Shown: piece after piece, positions 46,464 to 56,941 of the stretch
Layout: every line of letters begins with the position of its first letter
How positions within the stretch are numbered: the stretch's first letter is position 1
NCBI RefSeq assembly: GCF_002455655.1
Contig: NZ_DKLF01000097.1
Strand: one strand, 5' to 3'
Length of the DNA stretch: 64,000 bases
Source: Oscillibacter sp. UBA6647
GTDB lineage: Bacteria; Bacillota; Clostridia; Oscillospirales; Oscillospiraceae
Notes under the pieces: model-generated
What the model was told of the DNA's origin: nothing
Databases searched by the model: none
Seen by the model: only the letters and a program-made list of their open reading frames with translations
Program-made: the position numbers and the translations under genes

Positions 46464-47648
46464 ATGAAACGCTTGCTGTGCTCTTTGCTGGCCGCATCCA
46501 GCCTGTTTACCATGACCGCCTGCGGTGGTCCGTCTCCCAGCACATCTCTCCCGGACCCGGCCCACTCCGCCGGGTCCGGGTCCGGCTCCGCATCCGAGGA
46601 ACCAACGCCCCCGCTTGTGGACGAAAAAAAGACGCAGATAGACGCCCTGCTGACCCAGATGACCATTGAGGAAAAGGTGGGCCAGTTGTTTTTTGCCCGG
46701 GTCCCGGAGACAGACGCAGCGGCGGACGTGGCCAATTACCATCTGGGCGGCTATATCCTCTTTGGGCGGGATACGAAAGACAAGACCGCCAACGACCTGA
46801 TTCAGACCATCAACAGCTATCAGGAGGCGGCAAGCATTCCCCTGCTCATTGGCGTGGACGAGGAGGGCGGAAGCGTGGTGCGGGTTTCCTCGAATCCCCA
46901 TCTTCGGGCAAGAAAATTCTCCTCGCCCCAGCAGCTATACGCCGCCGGGGGCATGGATGCGATTATTCAGGATACTCATGAAAAAGACGTGCTTCTAAAA
47001 GCGTTGGGCTTTAACGTGAATCTGGCCCCGGTGGCAGACGTATCCACCAATTCCGGCGACTTTATCTATGACCGCTCCTTCGGACAGGACGCGGTATCCA
47101 CGGCGGAGTATGTCCGCGCCGTGGTGGGCCAGATGCGGAAAGACGGCATGGGCAGCGTTTTGAAGCATTTTCCCGGCTACGGAAACAATGTGGATACCCA
47201 CACCGGCATTGCCATAGACAAACGACCCTTGGAAACCTTTGAAAACTCGGACTTTCTTCCCTTTACCGCAGGCTTGCAGGGCGGCGCAACGCTGAGCGCG
47301 GTGCTCGTCTCTCACAACATCGTCAACTGCATGGACCCGAACCTGCCCGCTTCCCTTTCCCCCGCCGTCCATGAAACGCTTCGGAATCTGATGGCCGAGA
47401 CGGGGTTTGAAAACACCGTAGTTATGACCGACGATCTGGTGATGGACGCTGTGAAAGCCTATGCGGAGAACGGCAGCGCGGCTGTCATGGCGCTTCAGGC
47501 GGGAAACGATTTGCTCATCGCCACGGATTATCGCGCGCAGATTCCTCAGGTCCTTGCCGCCGCTGCGGACGGGACGCTGGATGAACCCACCATCAACCTG
47601 CTTTGTACGCAGGTGCTCCAGTGGAAACAGGCGCTGGGGCTGATCTAA
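46464..47648 (+). CDS. GH3 beta-N-acetylhexosaminidase-like lipoprotein (NagZ-like)
   Basis: Lipobox MTAC; EEKVGQLF, VDEEGG, APVAD, KHFPGYG...DTH, PASLS, TDDL.M. Confidence 0.9.
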   Translation: MKRLLCSLLAASSLFTMTACGGPSPSTSLPDPAHSAGSGSGSASEEPTPPLVDEKKTQIDALLTQMTIEEKVGQLFFARVPETDAAADVANYHLGGYILFGRDTKDKTANDLIQTINSYQEAASIPLLIGVDEEGGSVVRVSSNPHLRARKFSSPQQLYAAGGMDAIIQDTHEKDVLLKALGFNVNLAPVADVSTNSGDFIYDRSFGQDAVSTAEYVRAVVGQMRKDGMGSVLKHFPGYGNNVDTHTGIAIDKRPLETFENSDFLPFTAGLQGGATLSAVLVSHNIVNCMDPNLPASLSPAVHETLRNLMAETGFENTVVMTDDLVMDAVKAYAENGSAAVMALQAGNDLLIATDYRAQIPQVLAAAADGTLDEPTINLLCTQVLQWKQALGLI

Positions 47649-47820
47649 GAAATTATTTTTGGATTGTGTCTGTCTTGAAAGCAGGGCCGCCCGGTTTTGA
47701 AAGGCCGGGCGGCCCTTCCGGTAAAAGAATGGACTTTGATAAACGCATCGCAAAAGCGCCGCGACCGGTTCGGTCCGGAGATCAGCGGCGTTGTTTTCGC
47801 GCAGAAAGGAAGTTTTCCAC

Positions 47821-48975
47821 ATGGAAACTGAAAAGCTTTATTACGCCGACCCTTTTTTAAAAGAGTTTACCGCCAAGGTTCTCACCTGTGAAGCGGCGGA
47901 AACCGGCTGGGAAGTGGTTTTGGACCAGACTGCCTTCTATCCAGAGGGGGGCGGTCAGCCTGCCGACCATGGGACGCTGGGCGGCGTGAATGTTCTGGAT
48001 GTTTACGAAAAAGACGGCGTTGTTTTCCACATTTGTGAAAACCCCGTGGAAATTGGGGAAACCGTAACAGGTCAACTGGATTGGGCCCGCCGGTTCGACC
48101 ATATGCAGCAGCACTCCGGCGAGCACATTTTAAGCGGTATTCTCTGTAAAACTCACCACTGTGACAACGTGGGCTTTCACATGGGGGCCGACACCGTCAC
48201 CATCGACTATAACGCCGACATTTCGTGGGAACAGGCGCTGGAAGCGGAGCGCCGCGCCAATGAATACATCTGGGCGGATGTCCCCATTGATATTTCCTTC
48301 CCCACCCCGGAGGAATTGAAGTCCATTGACTACCGCTCCAAAAAGGAGCTAACAGGACAGGTGCGCATTGTGGCCTTTCCCGGCGCGGACTGCTGCGCCT
48401 GCTGCGGCACGCATGTGCTTCGGTCCGGGCAGGTGGGACTTGTAAAAATTCTTTCCTGCCAGAAATTTCGGGAGGGTGTCCGGCTGGAAATCCTCTGCGG
48501 AGGCAGGGCCTTTGCCCTGCTTTCTGCCACATGGGAACAGAGCCGGGCAGTGGGCCGCCGTCTCAGCGTGAAGCCGCAGGACGCCGCCGAGGCGGTGGAG
48601 CGGCTGGAGACGGAGCTGAACGCTGCCAAGGCAGGGCTTACCCGGCTGGAGGATGCGCTTTTCGAGCGCATTGCCGCACAGGAGACAGGCCGGGGCAACA
48701 CGCTTCTTTTTCAGCCGCCCCTGCGCCCGGACGGGGCGCGGAAGCTGGCGGACGCGGTGAGCCGCACCTGCGGCGGGCTTGCCGCCGTGTTTGCGGGAGA
48801 GGGCGAGCAGTATCAATATGCCCTCCTCCGGGCTGATGGCAAAGATATCGGCCCTCTGGTAAAGACGATGAACGCCGCGCTCCACGGACGGGGCGGCGGG
48901 CGCAACGGTTTTGCTCAAGGCTCTGTTCAGGCCAAGCAAGCGGAAATTGAAGCATTCTTTAAAACCGCTTTCTGA
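47821..48975 (+). CDS. Alanyl-tRNA editing protein (AlaX-like, with DHHA1-like C-terminus)
   Basis: TAFYPEGGGQPAD, HMQQHSGEH, CACCGTH, GRGGG...AQG. Confidence 0.9.
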   Translation: METEKLYYADPFLKEFTAKVLTCEAAETGWEVVLDQTAFYPEGGGQPADHGTLGGVNVLDVYEKDGVVFHICENPVEIGETVTGQLDWARRFDHMQQHSGEHILSGILCKTHHCDNVGFHMGADTVTIDYNADISWEQALEAERRANEYIWADVPIDISFPTPEELKSIDYRSKKELTGQVRIVAFPGADCCACCGTHVLRSGQVGLVKILSCQKFREGVRLEILCGGRAFALLSATWEQSRAVGRRLSVKPQDAAEAVERLETELNAAKAGLTRLEDALFERIAAQETGRGNTLLFQPPLRPDGARKLADAVSRTCGGLAAVFAGEGEQYQYALLRADGKDIGPLVKTMNAALHGRGGGRNGFAQGSVQAKQAEIEAFFKTAF

Positions 48976-49095
48976 TGCGGAAGGTTTTCCACAACACAGT
49001 TTTGGGACTTCCAAGAAACCAATTTTTAGACTTGCAGTGCTTTAGGCCGCCAAAAATCTGACAGCCCACTGCGTATGCCGTTATCGCACTTCATT

Positions 49096-49140
49096 AAAAA
49101 AATACCGTCACGCGCCATAGGCGTGTGACGGTATTTCCTT
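49096..49140. terminator. Terminator between convergent genes (U-tract on minus strand)
   Basis: AAATACCGTCACGCGCC-ATA-GGCGTGTGACGGTATTT preceded by an A-tract. Confidence 0.8.
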
Positions 49141-49149
49141 TAACTCGCT

Positions 49150-51087
49150 TTAACTTCCAATGTTCCGGTTCATAGCAACGGTGGCATAGCGCTGTCCGTA
49201 ATACGTATCATAAACAATGGCGCTGCGCAGATTCATCAGCTCTCTATCCTCGTCGCTCAACGCCGCGTCGGACTCGTTCCAATAGGGTACGCCCTTGCCC
49301 GTGACGCAGTACAAATCCGTATTCACCAGCAGGGCCTTGGACAACCGCTCCTGCATGGCCCAGTACCGATTTCGGGGCATATTTGCCGCATCCAGCACCG
49401 CCGGGCCAAGGGCCGTGAGTCCCGTGTCCTGCTTTGTCCCGGCAGGCTGCTTCAAAAGCGCCGCATCGTTGGCCCAGATGAGATAGTCGGTGGAGTACAG
49501 GTCCGCCACCTGCTCAATGCTCCAGCGGGAGCAATCGTTGCTCTCGCAAAGGCCCAGATGGCTGTAAACCGTGCCTCCGTCTGTCATAAATAGGTTGGGC
49601 CGGTGGTCGCCGAAAAAGACCACCACCGTAGGCTCCTCCCGCTCCCGCAAAGCGTCGGTCAACTCGCCCAGCGCCTGATCTGCCCGCGTCAGCCCTTCCA
49701 GCATCACCCGTGTAATCGCCAGATTTTCCTCGCTCAATTGGTCGCCGGAAACCTCCAGTTGACACTCGTAGCCAAACTTTTCTGGATCAAAGGGCTGGTG
49801 GTTCTCCATGGAAATGCCAAAGAGAAACGCCTTTTTTCCTTCTTCATTGGCAGCGTCCAGCCGGTTCAGCAGGGCTTGGGTAAACACATGGTCGCTGAGA
49901 TAGTAGCCCCCGGCATAGGGACTTCCCTGAATGTTCAGGTCCAGTTCCTGCATCTGCTGGGAAAACAGCAGGCGGTTAAATCCCAGCTTGGGATACGTCA
50001 CCGTGCGGTTATAAAGACTGTTGTTGTAGGCGTGAAGCATCTCCGTCTCATAGCCCGCCGACTGAAAGGACGTTGCCACGGAATCCAGAAGACTGTAATC
50101 CCCCTCATCCCGGAAGGAAATGTTGGTGCCTGGCTTCAAATCCTTTCCCGTCAGGCCGGTAAAAATGGACTGCTCGATATAGCCGGTGCCATAGCCCAGA
50201 TAGCTGGAATAAAACCGCCCGGAAATCCCCTCCCCGCTCAGCCGGTGAAAGTTTTCCGCAGGGTCGCCGGAGAGGGTCAGCCCCGGCAGACGGGTCATAT
50301 CGTAAAACGACTCGGAGAGAATAAAAATCACGTTGGGCTGCTCCCCAGTGGGCTTGTCCGTCCCGGAAGCGCCCAAAAGCTCGTCCAGCCGCTCCACCAC
50401 CTGCTGCATATATTCCGGGCCATAGCCCTCCGGTTCCTGTCCCGCAAGTAAGCACATATCCCGCCAAAGGCCCACGGTCAATCCGTAGTCCCGATAGGAG
50501 ATTGCGGACATGATTCGATCTTGCGTATTCACGGAAAAAGTCCGTCCCAGCGCAGGCCCACCGGGGCCGATGATCAGACCAAGCCCCAGAGACGCCACCA
50601 CCGTGGCCAGCACAAACCGGGTGCGCCCGCTGCCAAGCGTCAGTCTTTTACCAACAAGAAACAAAAAGACAACCACCAGCACCAACATCCCCACCGCGGC
50701 CCATCCCCGTCCGGGAACCTTCAGGTCGCCCGCCACGCCCATCACCTGATCCAACTGACCGATCATGCCGAAATCCTCGGCCTCCAGCGGCGTGCCGTTG
50801 ATGGCGAGCTTGAAATAGCTTACCAGCGCCAGCGTCACTCCCACTGCGGAAGAGGCCAGCGCCCCAACCCACAGCCGACCGGCTAAAAGGCCCAAAAGCA
50901 GCGCGCCGCCGCCGTAAAACACCGCCGTCAGGCAAAAGGGCGGCAGCGCCCCAAGGCACCAGTCCAGCGCCGCCTGCGCATCTCCCAGCGTAATCCACTG
51001 GATAGCAAAGGCCACCGCGCCGCCAAGCCCCAGCGCTTCCAGCAGCACCAGCGCGGACTTTCCGATTTTTAAAAGCGTCTGCTTCAA
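49150..51087 (-). CDS. LTA synthase family (sulfatase-like phosphoglycerol transferase)
   Basis: About 5 N-terminal TMs; PNVIFILSESF, GYGT..IE, SMENHQPF, FFGDH. Confidence 0.88.
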   Translation of the reverse strand: MKQTLLKIGKSALVLLEALGLGGAVAFAIQWITLGDAQAALDWCLGALPPFCLTAVFYGGGALLLGLLAGRLWVGALASSAVGVTLALVSYFKLAINGTPLEAEDFGMIGQLDQVMGVAGDLKVPGRGWAAVGMLVLVVVFLFLVGKRLTLGSGRTRFVLATVVASLGLGLIIGPGGPALGRTFSVNTQDRIMSAISYRDYGLTVGLWRDMCLLAGQEPEGYGPEYMQQVVERLDELLGASGTDKPTGEQPNVIFILSESFYDMTRLPGLTLSGDPAENFHRLSGEGISGRFYSSYLGYGTGYIEQSIFTGLTGKDLKPGTNISFRDEGDYSLLDSVATSFQSAGYETEMLHAYNNSLYNRTVTYPKLGFNRLLFSQQMQELDLNIQGSPYAGGYYLSDHVFTQALLNRLDAANEEGKKAFLFGISMENHQPFDPEKFGYECQLEVSGDQLSEENLAITRVMLEGLTRADQALGELTDALREREEPTVVVFFGDHRPNLFMTDGGTVYSHLGLCESNDCSRWSIEQVADLYSTDYLIWANDAALLKQPAGTKQDTGLTALGPAVLDAANMPRNRYWAMQERLSKALLVNTDLYCVTGKGVPYWNESDAALSDEDRELMNLRSAIVYDTYYGQRYATVAMNRNIGS

Positions 51088-51187
51088 TGTACTTCCTCGC
51101 TTTCAGGGGAAAACGGGACACGGCAATCTCCGTGTCCCGCTTTTCGCTTTTTCAGGGCACTCCGCGCAGAAGAGAGCGCAAAGACGA

Positions 51188-52606
51188 TCAGTAGGCCAGC
51201 TTCTCCGCAAGATATGCCTTCAGTCCGTCAATAGGCAGGCGGACCTGCTCCATGGTGTCCCGATCCCGGACGGTAACACTGTTATCCCCGGCCTTCTCGT
51301 CGTCGCCCACAGTGTCAAAGTCCACGGTGACGCAGTAGGGCGTGCCGATTTCGTCCTCCCGGCGATAGCGCTTTCCGATGGAGCCGGTTTCGTCAAAGTC
51401 CACCATCCACTCGGAGGAAAGCATCTGCTGAACCTCCCGGGCCTTGTCGCCCAGCTTCTTGCTCAAAGGCAGCACCGCCACCTTAAACGGCGCGATGGCG
51501 GGATGGAAGCGCATCACCACGCGGGTGTCGTTCTTCTCCGCGTCCACCACTTCCTCGTCATAGGCCTCCACCAGCAGAGCGAGGGTCATCCGGTCTGCGC
51601 CCAGAGACGGCTCGATGACATAGGGGATATAATGCTCTCCCGCCTCCTGATCGAAATAGGCCAGGTCCTGACCGGAGTGCTCCTGATGCTGGGAGAGGTC
51701 GTAGTTCGTCCGGTCAGCCACGCCCCACAGCTCGCCCCAGCCAAAGGGGAATTTATACTCAAAGTCGGTGGTGGCCTTGGAATAGAAGCTCAGCTCCTCT
51801 TTCTCGTGGTCACGCAGACGCAGGTTGTCGTCCTTCACGTTCAGGCCCTTGAGCCACTCGTGGCAATAGTTCCGCCAATACGCGAACCACTCCAAATCGG
51901 TGTCCGGCTTGCAGAAAAATTCCAGCTCCATCTGCTCGAACTCCCGGATGCGGAAGATGAAGTTGCCCGGGGTAATCTCGTTACGGAAGGACTTACCCAC
52001 CTGACACACGCCGAAGGGCAGCTTGCGGCGGGTAGTTCTCTGGATATTGGAGAAGTTCACAAAAATACCCTGCGCCGTTTCGGGCCGGAGATACACCTCG
52101 TTGGCACTTCCCTCCGTCACGCCCTGATGGGTTTTGAACATCAGGTTGAACTTGCGGATGTCGGTGAAGTCGGATTTTCCACAGCCGGGACAGGGAACCT
52201 GCTTTTCCCGGATATAGGAAACCAGCGCCTCGCCGTCCATGGACTCCACGTTCACGTCGGTGATGTTGTTTTCCTGGTTGTATTCCTCCACCAACTTGTC
52301 GGCCCGGTGGCGCATTTTGCAGGAGCGGCAGTCAATCAGCGGGTCGTTAAAGGTGGCAACATGGCCGGAGGCCACCCACACCTGGGGATTCATCAGAATC
52401 GCAGCGTCCAGTCCCACATTGTAGGGATTTTCCTGAACAAACTTTTTCCACCATGCGCGCTTGACGTTGTTTTTCATCTCCACGCCCAAGGGGCCGTAGT
52501 CCCAGCTATTGGCCAAACCTCCGTAAATCTCGCTGCCGGGGAACACAAAGCCCCGGCTCTTGCACAGAGCCACAATTTTTTCCATGGTTTTTTCGGTGTT
52601 ATTCAT
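51188..52606 (-). CDS. glyQS: Glycine--tRNA ligase (homodimeric type)
   Basis: [57 protein letters not shown]. Confidence 0.97.
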   Translation of the reverse strand: MNNTEKTMEKIVALCKSRGFVFPGSEIYGGLANSWDYGPLGVEMKNNVKRAWWKKFVQENPYNVGLDAAILMNPQVWVASGHVATFNDPLIDCRSCKMRHRADKLVEEYNQENNITDVNVESMDGEALVSYIREKQVPCPGCGKSDFTDIRKFNLMFKTHQGVTEGSANEVYLRPETAQGIFVNFSNIQRTTRRKLPFGVCQVGKSFRNEITPGNFIFRIREFEQMELEFFCKPDTDLEWFAYWRNYCHEWLKGLNVKDDNLRLRDHEKEELSFYSKATTDFEYKFPFGWGELWGVADRTNYDLSQHQEHSGQDLAYFDQEAGEHYIPYVIEPSLGADRMTLALLVEAYDEEVVDAEKNDTRVVMRFHPAIAPFKVAVLPLSKKLGDKAREVQQMLSSEWMVDFDETGSIGKRYRREDEIGTPYCVTVDFDTVGDDEKAGDNSVTVRDRDTMEQVRLPIDGLKAYLAEKLAY

Positions 52607-52647
52607 AATCTCCCTCTCCCTTTCATCCAATAAACAGGCCGCAAAAT

Positions 52648-52876
52648 AAAAAACGCCCCGAGCAAAGCTCAGGGCGAACAATTGTCCGCGGTGCCACCTG
52701 AATTCGCGCCAAGAAGCGCGCACTCTGACCCGGTAACGGCGGGGACCGGCGCATTCTGCTTTCGCTCAAACGCGCGGCTCGGGGGCGCCTTCTCTCCCTT
52801 CCGGCAAGGACTTACACCAAACCGTCCTCTCTCTTCGCCCGGAAACAGGGGATACTACTCCCTTTCACAGCCTCTT
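52648..52876 (-). promoter_or_regulatory. T-box riboswitch, Gly specifier
   Basis: Minus strand: GCTGTGAAAGGGAGTAGTA...AGAGAG...GGTGTAA...GAA-GGC (specifier at 52787-52789); T-box AATTCAGGTGGCACCGCG; terminator CGCCCTGAGC/GCTCGGGGCG plus T-tract. Confidence 0.92.
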
Positions 52877-52890
52877 GAAATATTGTGGCT

Positions 52891-52919
52891 ACTCTATCAC
52901 CTTTTTTCCGAAATGTCAA
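52891..52919 (-). promoter_or_regulatory. sigma-A promoter of glyQS
   Basis: TTGACA-17 nt-TAGAGT with TG extension. Confidence 0.75.
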
Positions 52920-52947
52920 GATAATCTCAAAAAGCCAAGAAAGCCGA

Positions 52948-52991
52948 GAAAACGCCTCATCTCCAAACGGTGCTGGAGACGAGGCGTTTTC
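52948..52991 (-). terminator. Terminator after the SLH gene
   Basis: GAAAACGCCTC.TCTCCA/TGGAGA.GAGGCGTTTTC inverted repeat. Confidence 0.65.
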
Positions 52992-53068
52992 CTTATTTGA
53001 TATTTCTTATAGCCAATAGTCTGTTGCCGTCGGTTTTCCCTGCGGAAGCGGAAACGTTCTTTAAGAAA

Positions 53069-54946
53069 TCACTTTTTCTCCGCGATAATGACCCGCACCT
53101 GTTTACCGGCGGTGGAGCCGAAGTTATCAACCCAGCCGGTCAGCTTGTAGTCCGCCGCATTGACGGAGCCCAGGTCCACCTGATAGTAATTCAAGACATA
53201 GCCCGCATCCCGCTTGCGCAGATAGACCTGCACGCCAGAATCCAGCGCATAAGTTGTATTGCCGCCCATGGCGCTGACGGAGCTGAGACTGTCCAGCGTG
53301 ACAGACTGAAGCGCACGCATACTCTTGATTTCACCGTCGCTGTTAAACTGAACACCTACGCCTCCGGCTTCTATGCCAAACGTTTTCCCGTTGTTGTCAA
53401 GCGAGACGGTGGCTCCATCCTTTAGTCCGGAATAGCTGCCGCTGAGCGTACCGTTCTCCTTTTCTGGAACGGATGTCAGATAATAGTAAGACCAGGTATC
53501 CCCCGTGGCGTCATCCAAAAGCAGGTGGGTAATTTCACCGCTTGTATTGGTGACATAGTAGCGGATATCGCTCGCAGAAAGCGTGTAGCCTGCCAGACGG
53601 CTTGGGTAGATTTTGGCCCATGCGCCGTTGGAGGCGGTATCCAAAATCTGCACATCCCCGGCAAAAATTTTGTCTCCCAGCTTGGTTCCGGCCTGATTCA
53701 CCGCACCGGTGAGTGTCTTGGCGGTAAGCTGGCTGATCGATGCGCCGCTGTCAGTCATACTGGCGGAAACCAGACTTCCCACCGTATAGGCACCCTGCTG
53801 GCTGACGGAGAAGGTGTGAACCACACCGTCGGTACAAGCCACGCTTACACGGACCTCGGTTCCCGCGGTGGAGCCGGAGGAGGATGCATTGGCCACGGCG
53901 GTGACCACGCCGTAATAAACTGTATCCGCCGCGCTGCCATTGACCACATCCACCACTTCGCCGTTCATGCCCAGCAGAAGCAGGGCGGTGTCTCCCACCT
54001 TGAATCCGCCCATGGACGACAGCTTATAAGCCGCCGTGGCGGTTCCGACGGTATAGGTCTTCGCACCAACGGTAACCGAGGTGGGTGCAGCGGCGCTGGG
54101 CAGCAAGGCGGTAATGGTGCCGCCTGCCCGGTCGGTATAAATCCACACCGTCTGCATCCCCGCGTTATAATAATAAACATCGTACTGCTGCAAAGCGGAG
54201 ATGGAGGACGAAGCGCCGTTGCGGTATACAGCGGCTGCCGAGGCAGCAAAAGGAATCTCCAGCGACTGTGCGCCGCCCGTCGCCACATAAGGCCCGCTCA
54301 AATTGGCGGAAACCACCGCAGCATAGTCCACGTTGCCATTGGTGACGGTATAGCCCAGCGTGACGGCGTAGGTCTTTGCATCGCTGGTCTGCGCCGTCAG
54401 AGTATTATAGAACAGGTACACACAGTCGGACCGCGTCATGTACTCGCCCTTTCCCAGGGAGATCTGATCCCGCAGTCCCAGCGAGCTGGCCTTGCTCAAC
54501 TGCGCGGAGGGAAAGGACCCCGCAAGCGCCGAGGAGTCGTATCCCAAAAGACGCAGCACTGTGGCGCATGCCTGTTCCAGCGTGATGCTCTGGCTGGGAC
54601 GGAAGGTTCCGTCGGTATATCCCGTCATCCACCCCTCGTTCACAGCGATTTTAATATACTGGGAGGCCCAGTGGGTGCTGTTCACATCCTTAAAGAGGGA
54701 AACGCCCTCTCCATCCCCCACGCTGTCTTTATACGAGGAGGCGTTTACCAGCATTTTCGCAAATTGTGCCCGGGTGACATTGCCGCCAAGATTCAGGTTT
54801 CCGGCGGAATCCCCTGTCATAATCCCCAGCGCCCGGATGGTCTGGACCTCGCCGCTGTTCTCCGAAACGGCTGCTCCGGCAGGGACGGCGATCAGACCAG
54901 GCAGCAAAAACACCGCCATTAGAAGGCATAGAATTCGTTTTTTCAT
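53069..54946 (-). CDS. S-layer homology (SLH) domain secreted protein
   Basis: Signal peptide MKKRILCLL...AGA; SLH motifs GIMTGD...VTRAQFAKML, FKDV..THWA..YI..A...GWMTGY.DGTFRP...IT, MTRSD. Confidence 0.88.
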   Translation of the reverse strand: MKKRILCLLMAVFLLPGLIAVPAGAAVSENSGEVQTIRALGIMTGDSAGNLNLGGNVTRAQFAKMLVNASSYKDSVGDGEGVSLFKDVNSTHWASQYIKIAVNEGWMTGYTDGTFRPSQSITLEQACATVLRLLGYDSSALAGSFPSAQLSKASSLGLRDQISLGKGEYMTRSDCVYLFYNTLTAQTSDAKTYAVTLGYTVTNGNVDYAAVVSANLSGPYVATGGAQSLEIPFAASAAAVYRNGASSSISALQQYDVYYYNAGMQTVWIYTDRAGGTITALLPSAAAPTSVTVGAKTYTVGTATAAYKLSSMGGFKVGDTALLLLGMNGEVVDVVNGSAADTVYYGVVTAVANASSSGSTAGTEVRVSVACTDGVVHTFSVSQQGAYTVGSLVSASMTDSGASISQLTAKTLTGAVNQAGTKLGDKIFAGDVQILDTASNGAWAKIYPSRLAGYTLSASDIRYYVTNTSGEITHLLLDDATGDTWSYYYLTSVPEKENGTLSGSYSGLKDGATVSLDNNGKTFGIEAGGVGVQFNSDGEIKSMRALQSVTLDSLSSVSAMGGNTTYALDSGVQVYLRKRDAGYVLNYYQVDLGSVNAADYKLTGWVDNFGSTAGKQVRVIIAEKK

Positions 54947-55007
54947 AAGTTTTTTTCCTTTCTGCGCGCAGCAGGCACAAGCGGCCTCTCGGCGCACCGC
55001 GCCCCTG

Positions 55008-56207
55008 TCAGTCATAATGTAGTGCATCAATAGGATTCAATCGCGCCGCCTTTTTTGCCGGCAAATATCCAAACACGATGCCGATAAAGGTGGAAATGCC
55101 GAACGCGCCCAGCACCGCGCCAAGAGAGGGGCTGACGGTCAGGTTTTCCTGCATCAGCGCCGTGACGATGATGGTGGCAATGGAAGAAAGTCCGTACCCC
55201 ACGGTAATACCCAGCACACCGCCCAGCGCGGAGGTGGTTGCGGCCTCCATGACAAACTGCTGCATAATGTACCGCTCCTTCGCGCCCAGCGCCTTGCGGA
55301 TACCGATTTCCCGTGTTCGCTCCGTGACGGATACCAGCATAATATTCATAATTCCAATGCCGCCCACCACCAGAGAGATTGCGGCAATGCCCGCCAGAAT
55401 CCCAATCATCACGTTAATCATGGCGTTCATGGTGTCAAGCATCTCTGCCATGCTGACAACCCGATATGCGTCGTCATCGGAAAAAATGTTGTAGAGGTAA
55501 TCCTCCACAATGGTCACGCTGGCTGCGGCCTGCGTTTCGTCCACCACGGTAAGGGTATAGCTGCTGATCGTGCCGGTATAGGACATGCGCGCCGCAGTGG
55601 AATAGGGAAGGAACACGCAGTCGTCCGTTCCGCCCTCCTCCATCTCGCCGTCGGTTTCCTGCGTCATAACGCCCACAATCAAAAAGCTTTTTCCACTTAG
55701 GCGGATTGTCTGGCCAACGGCGTTTCCGCCGTAATAGGTGCTGTTGAGGTAATTTCCCACCACACAGACATTTCGCCGTTTTGTCATATCCACATACTGA
55801 AGGCCCCGTCCCGAAGAAATCGTATAGCCCTTCATGTCGAAGTATGCCTCGCTGACGCCCGTAACCGTCGTGGTGGAAATGCTTTCTGTTCCGATTTTAA
55901 CGGTGCCGGACGGACTGACCGTGGGGGAAATCTGGTCAAAATAGTCGGGATTTTCCGCCACCAGCTCATACATCTGCGTTTCTGACACGCTGCGGGAGCT
56001 GCCCCGACCCATAATGTTCACCGCCACCGTATTTGTCCCCATGTCGGCAAATTGGTCGCGCATATACTTTTCCATGCCATTTCCAAGGCCCACAATCACA
56101 ATGACAGCCGCAATACCGATGATAATGCCCAGCATTGTCAAAAAGGTGCGCATCCTGTTGCCCTTAATGTTTTTAACAGCAAGCTGGAAGGCTTCCGTCA
56201 GTTTCAT
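55008..56207 (-). CDS. MacB/FtsX-type ABC permease
   Basis: RTFLTMLGIIIGI, SLVVGGIGIMNIMLVSVTERTREIGIRKALGA, PAKKAARLNPIDAL. Confidence 0.95.
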   Translation of the reverse strand: MKLTEAFQLAVKNIKGNRMRTFLTMLGIIIGIAAVIVIVGLGNGMEKYMRDQFADMGTNTVAVNIMGRGSSRSVSETQMYELVAENPDYFDQISPTVSPSGTVKIGTESISTTTVTGVSEAYFDMKGYTISSGRGLQYVDMTKRRNVCVVGNYLNSTYYGGNAVGQTIRLSGKSFLIVGVMTQETDGEMEEGGTDDCVFLPYSTAARMSYTGTISSYTLTVVDETQAAASVTIVEDYLYNIFSDDDAYRVVSMAEMLDTMNAMINVMIGILAGIAAISLVVGGIGIMNIMLVSVTERTREIGIRKALGAKERYIMQQFVMEAATTSALGGVLGITVGYGLSSIATIIVTALMQENLTVSPSLGAVLGAFGISTFIGIVFGYLPAKKAARLNPIDALHYD

Positions 56208-56941
56208 TGTCCGCCCCCCATTCCTGAAAGACTTGACGATACCACCGCTTCCGTCGCGTGGGAATCTCCGTCGTAAATCACCCGTCCGTCCTCGAGACGG
56301 ATGATGCGCTGGGCCTGCACGGCGATGGAGTTATCGTGGGTGATCAACACCACGGTGTTTCCCGCCGCGTGAAGCTGCTGCAAAAGAGACAGGACATCCC
56401 TTCCGGTGTGGGAATCCAGTGCGCCGGTTGGCTCGTCGGCCAAAATTACCGCAGGCTCCCCCACCAGCGCCCGGGCAATGGAAACGCGCTGCTGCTGGCC
56501 TCCGGAGAGCTGCGCGGGCCGGTGGTTGATCTTGCTTCCAAGTCCCACCATTTCCAAGGCCACCTTTGCCCGTTCCCTCCGGTCGTTTTTAGAAACACCG
56601 GCGTACATCATGGGAACTTCCACATTTTCCAGCAGCGTGAGCCTTGGAAGCAGATTGTACTGCTGAAAAATAAATCCCAGCATCTTATTGCGGATTTCTG
56701 CCAGTTGGTCCTTATCCAACGAGCCTACATCCCGACCGTCCAGCAAATATTTACCGTCGGTTGGAACGTCCAGACAGCCGATGATATTCATGCAGGTGGA
56801 TTTTCCTGAGCCGGATTGGCCCACGATGGCCACAAACTCGCCTTTTTGAATCTGCATGGAAATGTGATCTGCCGCCCGGACAATAGTATCGCCCATCTCA
56901 TAAACCTTGGATACATCCTGAAATTCAATCAGAGCGCTCAT
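56204..56941 (-). CDS. ABC transporter ATP-binding protein (MacB/LolD-like)
   Basis: [33 protein letters not shown]. Confidence 0.96.
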   Translation of the reverse strand: MSALIEFQDVSKVYEMGDTIVRAADHISMQIQKGEFVAIVGQSGSGKSTCMNIIGCLDVPTDGKYLLDGRDVGSLDKDQLAEIRNKMLGFIFQQYNLLPRLTLLENVEVPMMYAGVSKNDRRERAKVALEMVGLGSKINHRPAQLSGGQQQRVSIARALVGEPAVILADEPTGALDSHTGRDVLSLLQQLHAAGNTVVLITHDNSIAVQAQRIIRLEDGRVIYDGDSHATEAVVSSSLSGMGGGQ

